From assembly GCA_029263075.1 (NCBI GenBank), contig JAJCYE010000034.1, positions 1 to 60,846 on the forward strand: DNA of 60,846 nt, written 5' to 3'. The DNA is from Actinomycetes bacterium (GTDB lineage Bacteria; Actinomycetota; CADDZG01; JAHWKV01). Positions 57,320-60,846 of this stretch are shown here, piece by piece (within the stretch, counting starts at the first letter, position 1; the number at the start of each line of letters is the position of its first letter). The notes beneath the pieces were generated by a model. That model saw only the letters and a program-made list of their open reading frames with translations, was not told the DNA's origin and did not search any database. Both the position numbers and the translations under genes were made by a program.

Positions 57320-58132
57320 GTGAAAAGGTTTGGGCGTCCGGCGGTGCTTGCGTTGCTGCTGGTGCTTGTTTCCTGCTCGAGCGGAACCATCCCCCTTGAA
57401 TACCGTTTCGATGACAACGACGGCACCCGCTACCTTTGGACCATCGACTCCAAGACCTCGGTCAACTCGACCAGCGAACAGAGCGTCACCACCACCAAGA
57501 TGGTGGTTGCCGTTCACGAGCAGGTTGCGCCGGCCAAAGGCCGCCAGAACGCACTGCTCACCATCTCCCTCACCCCCAGGAGCCTGAGTCAGGGAGGCCA
57601 CTCCGTGAAACTCCCGGAGCCGGTGACCGTGAAGTATGAGTTAGGTAAGCAGGGTGAAATCGTCAAGGTGATCACCGAAGAACTCACCCCCCAGGCCGCT
57701 TCGGCTCTTCAGCTCGGGGCTACGCTGATCCACAGCCGGATCGATCTTCCCGTGGATGAGGTCGGAATCGGCGACGAGTGGGACACCCCGCTGATCCTGG
57801 ACGGGGATCTGGGCAACATAGATCTGACCGGACACGGCAAGCTTCTCGGATTCGAGCTCAAGGGCAAACGCAAGCTGGCTCGAATCGAAACCACACGGGA
57901 GGGCGAGATCGTCACCCACCAACAGCAGGGCGGAGTACCGGTCCGCCTCCGGGGTACCTCCACCAGCAAAGCAATGTCCAGCCTGGACGTCGACAACGGA
58001 GTCCTCTACTCCTCCAACGCCCGGCTAACTACCGACTTCGACATCGCCTCTCAGGAAAGCGGGAAGTTGTTGGGCACCATGCAGGTAACCCTCAACAGCA
58101 AACTGAGTTTGGAGCCGTCCTCCACCGCTTAG
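57320..58132 (+). CDS. Hypothetical lipoprotein
   Basis: Lipobox LVSC; beta-rich body with LP...VGIGDEW. Confidence 0.8.
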   Translation: MKRFGRPAVLALLLVLVSCSSGTIPLEYRFDDNDGTRYLWTIDSKTSVNSTSEQSVTTTKMVVAVHEQVAPAKGRQNALLTISLTPRSLSQGGHSVKLPEPVTVKYELGKQGEIVKVITEELTPQAASALQLGATLIHSRIDLPVDEVGIGDEWDTPLILDGDLGNIDLTGHGKLLGFELKGKRKLARIETTREGEIVTHQQQGGVPVRLRGTSTSKAMSSLDVDNGVLYSSNARLTTDFDIASQESGKLLGTMQVTLNSKLSLEPSSTA

Positions 58133-58151
58133 GCTAAAGACTCGGTCGGCT

Positions 58152-58685
58152 TCAGCCGGCGTAATCCGCTCCGACGACCACCGTTACCGGTATCGAGGGG
58201 TCGAGCCGGAGGTCGCCCACCGGTTGCACCAGGGTGGCGCCCAAAAGACTCGCCACGGCTTCCCCAAGTTGCTGGCTGCCCGGATGGTAAAAGACTGTGG
58301 TCAATTCACGTGGGGTGGCTGCGGTGCCCTTGGCAACGACTTCGTACCCGGCTTCCTCCAACTTGGCCTCGGCTGCGTCAAGCCTGGCCTGTGAATCGCT
58401 GCCGTCTAGGACCTGCGCCTTCCCCGTCGCCGGCGGCGCTTCCGAGGGCACCGGTTCCGCGCTGGGGGTGGCCTCAGGTGGCGGGGTTTCTTCCAGGAAC
58501 GGGTCGGTGGGGAGCGGCGAAAGCGTCTCTTCGGTGTCCGGGGTTGCGCCGTCATTCTCAAACGCAACTTTGTAGATCCCAAACGCTACGGCTGCCACCA
58601 CGGCCACCAAGACCAAATAGCGGAGTCCCGCAATTGTTACTGCCCGCCAAAACCCGGGGCTATCCGGAAGTGAGTGCTTTCCCAT
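58152..58685 (-). CDS. LytR C-terminal domain protein
   Basis: MGKHS, TM, Pro-rich linker, QVLDG...L..AGY...TTVFY...VVVGADY. Confidence 0.88.
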   Translation of the reverse strand: MGKHSLPDSPGFWRAVTIAGLRYLVLVAVVAAVAFGIYKVAFENDGATPDTEETLSPLPTDPFLEETPPPEATPSAEPVPSEAPPATGKAQVLDGSDSQARLDAAEAKLEEAGYEVVAKGTAATPRELTTVFYHPGSQQLGEAVASLLGATLVQPVGDLRLDPSIPVTVVVGADYAG

Positions 58686-58704
58686 GAGTGGACCTGATTA
58701 TCTG

Positions 58705-58986
58705 CTAACCGTTCTCGGACAGGTGAATGCCGAGTCGGCGGGCCATGCGCTGGCGCTGCCGGAAGGCCCGCAAACGCTGAAGCCGCTTGACCAGAATTGG
58801 GTCGTGGGCGAGCGCCTCGGGCATGTCGATTATCTCGTTCAACAGCGAGTAGTAGCGGGTGGCCGAGAACTCGAATAGTTCCCGGATTGCCCGCTCCTTG
58901 GCGCCTGAGTATTTCCACCAGTTCCGCTCGAACTCGAGGATCTTGGCTTCGCGTTCGCCGAACTTGGTATCGGAGCCGGGACTCAA
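58705..58986 (-). CDS. DUF3263 domain protein
   Basis: EREAKILEFERNWW...GAKERAIRE.F..SATRYY..LN..ID...P.LVKRL; TTG start inferred. Confidence 0.9.
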   Translation of the reverse strand: MSPGSDTKFGEREAKILEFERNWWKYSGAKERAIRELFEFSATRYYSLLNEIIDMPEALAHDPILVKRLQRLRAFRQRQRMARRLGIHLSENG

Positions 58987-59128
58987 GGCGCGACCCGAAT
59001 GACATAGGTGTAATTCATTGTCCCTAACCTTAGGTAAACGGACTGCCCGAAGCAAGGACCGACGCTCGCCCGCCCCGGGCGCCGCCAGGAGGGGACGTGG
59101 GCGGCGGGGGGCCGCCAGGCTGGGGGCA

Positions 59129-59229
59129 GCCGCCGGGCAGCCCCGCCGGGCAAGTGACGCGGGCGCCGCCGGGCAGCCCCGCCGGGCAAGTGAGGCGGGC
59201 GCCGCCGGGCAGGCCCGCCGGGCAGAGTG
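59129..59229. repeat. 36-bp GC-rich tandem repeat (~2.8 copies)
   Basis: gccgccgggcagccccgccgggcaagtga(c/g)gcgggc at 59129-59164 and 59165-59200, partial at 59201-59229. Confidence 0.85.
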
Positions 59230-59291
59230 CAGCCCAGGGGGAAGTTGGGGGCGATAATGGGGTACAGCAAGGGGGCCCGAGCCCCCAACTG

Positions 59292-59365
59292 GCTGGTGTG
59301 GCGCAATCCGGTAGCGCAACCGACTTGTAATCGGTAGGTTCCCAGTTCGAATCTGGGCACCAGCT
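59292..59365 (+). tRNA. tRNA-Thr(TGT)
   Basis: Acceptor GCTGGTG/CACCAGC, anticodon arm ACCGA-CTTGTAA-TCGGT, T-loop GTTCGAATC; CCA not encoded. Confidence 0.95.
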
Positions 59366-59485
59366 CTTAGTTGAAACAGCCCGGCACGGCCGCCGTCTAT
59401 CCGGGGCGAAAATTGGGCTTGCCTTTCAACTCCCCGGGGAGTTGAATACGCGTGATTCGGTAGTCGACTCGGTTAGGCGGACCCA

Positions 59486-60133
59486 ATGGGCGACGAAGAC
59501 TTCTCGAAGCTGGCGGGCAACAGCGCATTCCTAGCCGCAACGGCGGGCATCCTTTACACGGGCACTTTCGTGGCCGCGGTCAAAGGTCAAAGCTGGGCGG
59601 GGCGACCCAGTGCCCTGCTGCTGATGTTGACCGGGTTGTTCGCGATCCCGGTGGTGGTTGCTCTTTACGAGCGCTTGAAGACGGCTGGCTCGGGCTTGGC
59701 GCTATTGGGTCTGATCTCCGGCGTCCTCGGGGGCGCGGGCGCTCTTGTGCATGGTGGGTACGAACTTGCCGTCATCCTGCACCCCGCAGACACCAGACTG
59801 CCGGCCAGTCAGGCCGACCCCCGCGGCCTTCTGACTTTCGCCGCAACCGGAATCGGCGTCTACCTGTTCGCCCGGTTGATGGCGACCACCGGCACCTACC
59901 CGAAGTCTCAGACCACGATCGGGTACGTCCTGGCGGCACTCCTGGGGATCATCTACCTGGGTCGGCTGTTGCTGCTGGACCCAAATCAGCCGGTCCTGGG
60001 CGTCTCGGCGGTGGCGGCGGGCCTGGTAGTCGGGCCCGCCTGGTACCTGCGGCTGGGCACACTCCTCAAAGGTCAAGCTGCTCCTCAGGCGGCTACGTCG
60101 AGCACAATCCCCGAGGGCGGAGCAACAACCTAG
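59486..60133 (+). CDS. Hypothetical integral membrane protein
   Basis: About 6 TMs, DPRGLLTF motif. Confidence 0.8.
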   Translation: MGDEDFSKLAGNSAFLAATAGILYTGTFVAAVKGQSWAGRPSALLLMLTGLFAIPVVVALYERLKTAGSGLALLGLISGVLGGAGALVHGGYELAVILHPADTRLPASQADPRGLLTFAATGIGVYLFARLMATTGTYPKSQTTIGYVLAALLGIIYLGRLLLLDPNQPVLGVSAVAAGLVVGPAWYLRLGTLLKGQAAPQAATSSTIPEGGATT

Positions 60134-60134
60134 C

Positions 60135-60846
60135 TCATCCGCTCCGGTGCCAGCGGGTTCCCGCCGGTGTGTCCTCGACGATGATTCCCAGACCGGCCAA
60201 CTGGTCCCTCAACCGGTCCGACTCGGCCCAGTTCTTGCTCTTGCGGGCGTCATTGCGCCGCTCCAGAAGCTCTGCCTCCTCCGCGGAAAGCGTCGGTTCT
60301 TCGGCTTCGCCGGCACCGGCCGGGTCATATGAGATCCCCAAAACTCCCGTCATCTGGTTGAATGCCGCCACCAGCCCGGCGACCCGCGGCTTGTCACCGG
60401 ATTCGATGGCGGTGTTCCCCGCCTTCACCAGATCGAACATCACGCTGATGGCCAGCGGAGTGTTGAAGTCGTCGTCCATGGCGGTCCGGAATCGGTCCAG
60501 GAACCCGGTGCCCTCTTCCGAGACCTCCGCGGCCGGGCTGCCTGCGGCCCGCGAGAAGTTTTCAAATCGCTCGACCCCCCGGCGGGCCTGCTCCAATGAG
60601 GCTTCGCCGAAGTCGACGTCACTGCGATAGGCCGCCGAGACCGCCATCATCCTCAGCACCGCCGGCTTCACCTCGTTGAGCAGGTCCTTGACCAAAGCTA
60701 TGTTGCCCAGCGACTTGGACATCTTCTCCGAGTCCATTTTCACCATGCCGCCGTGGAGCCAGTACCGCACAAACGGCTCGGACCCGGTGGCGGCTTCCGC
60801 CTGGGCGATCTCGTTTTCGTGGTGGGGGAAGACCAGGTCGGAGCCG
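60135..60846 (-). CDS. cysS: Cysteinyl-tRNA synthetase (3' part)
   Basis: DLVFPHHENEIAQ, WLHGG, KMSKSLGN, MDDDFNTP, anticodon-binding R..ARK.KNWA.SD.LRD. Confidence 0.97.
   Translation of the reverse strand, partial: GSDLVFPHHENEIAQAEAATGSEPFVRYWLHGGMVKMDSEKMSKSLGNIALVKDLLNEVKPAVLRMMAVSAAYRSDVDFGEASLEQARRGVERFENFSRAAGSPAAEVSEEGTGFLDRFRTAMDDDFNTPLAISVMFDLVKAGNTAIESGDKPRVAGLVAAFNQMTGVLGISYDPAGAGEAEEPTLSAEEAELLERRNDARKSKNWAESDRLRDQLAGLGIIVEDTPAGTRWHRSG

Noticed and set aside
59129-59229. 36-bp repeats as a CRISPR array
   Set aside because: Units are contiguous with no unique spacers, and there are no cas genes in the window.
58705-59319. 204-aa ORF with RRGCPAAPASLA repeats as a full-length DUF3263 protein
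   Set aside because: The extension is a stop-free read through the GC repeat and overlaps the tRNA antisense; only the last ~93 aa are family-like.
59292-60133. tRNA-Thr as an occupied integration site
   Set aside because: No duplicated tRNA 3' end and no integrase between the tRNA and cysS.

Overview
High-GC, mostly core chromosome from an actinobacterium, probably a deep-branching class (taxonomy inferred from kgd, pmt, DUF3263, the solitary groEL next to thrC-moaD, and a caa3-type rather than bcc-aa3-type oxidase). The left end (1-~1.9 kb) is a decayed mobile relic in which an IS481 tail is fused to a frameshifted large serine recombinase. It is followed by small regulator/target pairs (ArsR, TetR, MerR, MarR) with readable operators. 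The core genes are pepN, pmt, rsmI-abrB-metG-tatD, msrB, kgd, lon, glpX, gdhA, a complete caa3 oxidase plus assembly operon, groEL (CIRCE), SAM-I riboswitch-thrC-moaD, otsA/otsB, tRNA-Thr(TGT) and a partial cysS. The strongest candidates for undescribed biology are: (1) a ZntR-like MerR gene driven by its own 20-bp-spacer MerR promoter, whose 3' end carries an in-frame 23-aa, 7-Cys metallothionein-like peptide with its own strong SD; (2) a CtaA-CtaB heme synthase fusion ending in a copy of the oxidase subunit II transmembrane hairpin; (3) a MarR autoregulatory operator that recurs twice over the lon promoter; (4) IdeR/DtxR-like boxes ahead of a delta-60 beta-propeller lipoprotein; (5) Bacillus-type rsmI-abrB-metG-tatD synteny; (6) a tachylectin-PI-PLC fusion; (7) apparent ATC start codons. 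All calls come from reading motifs by eye; no database search was run.
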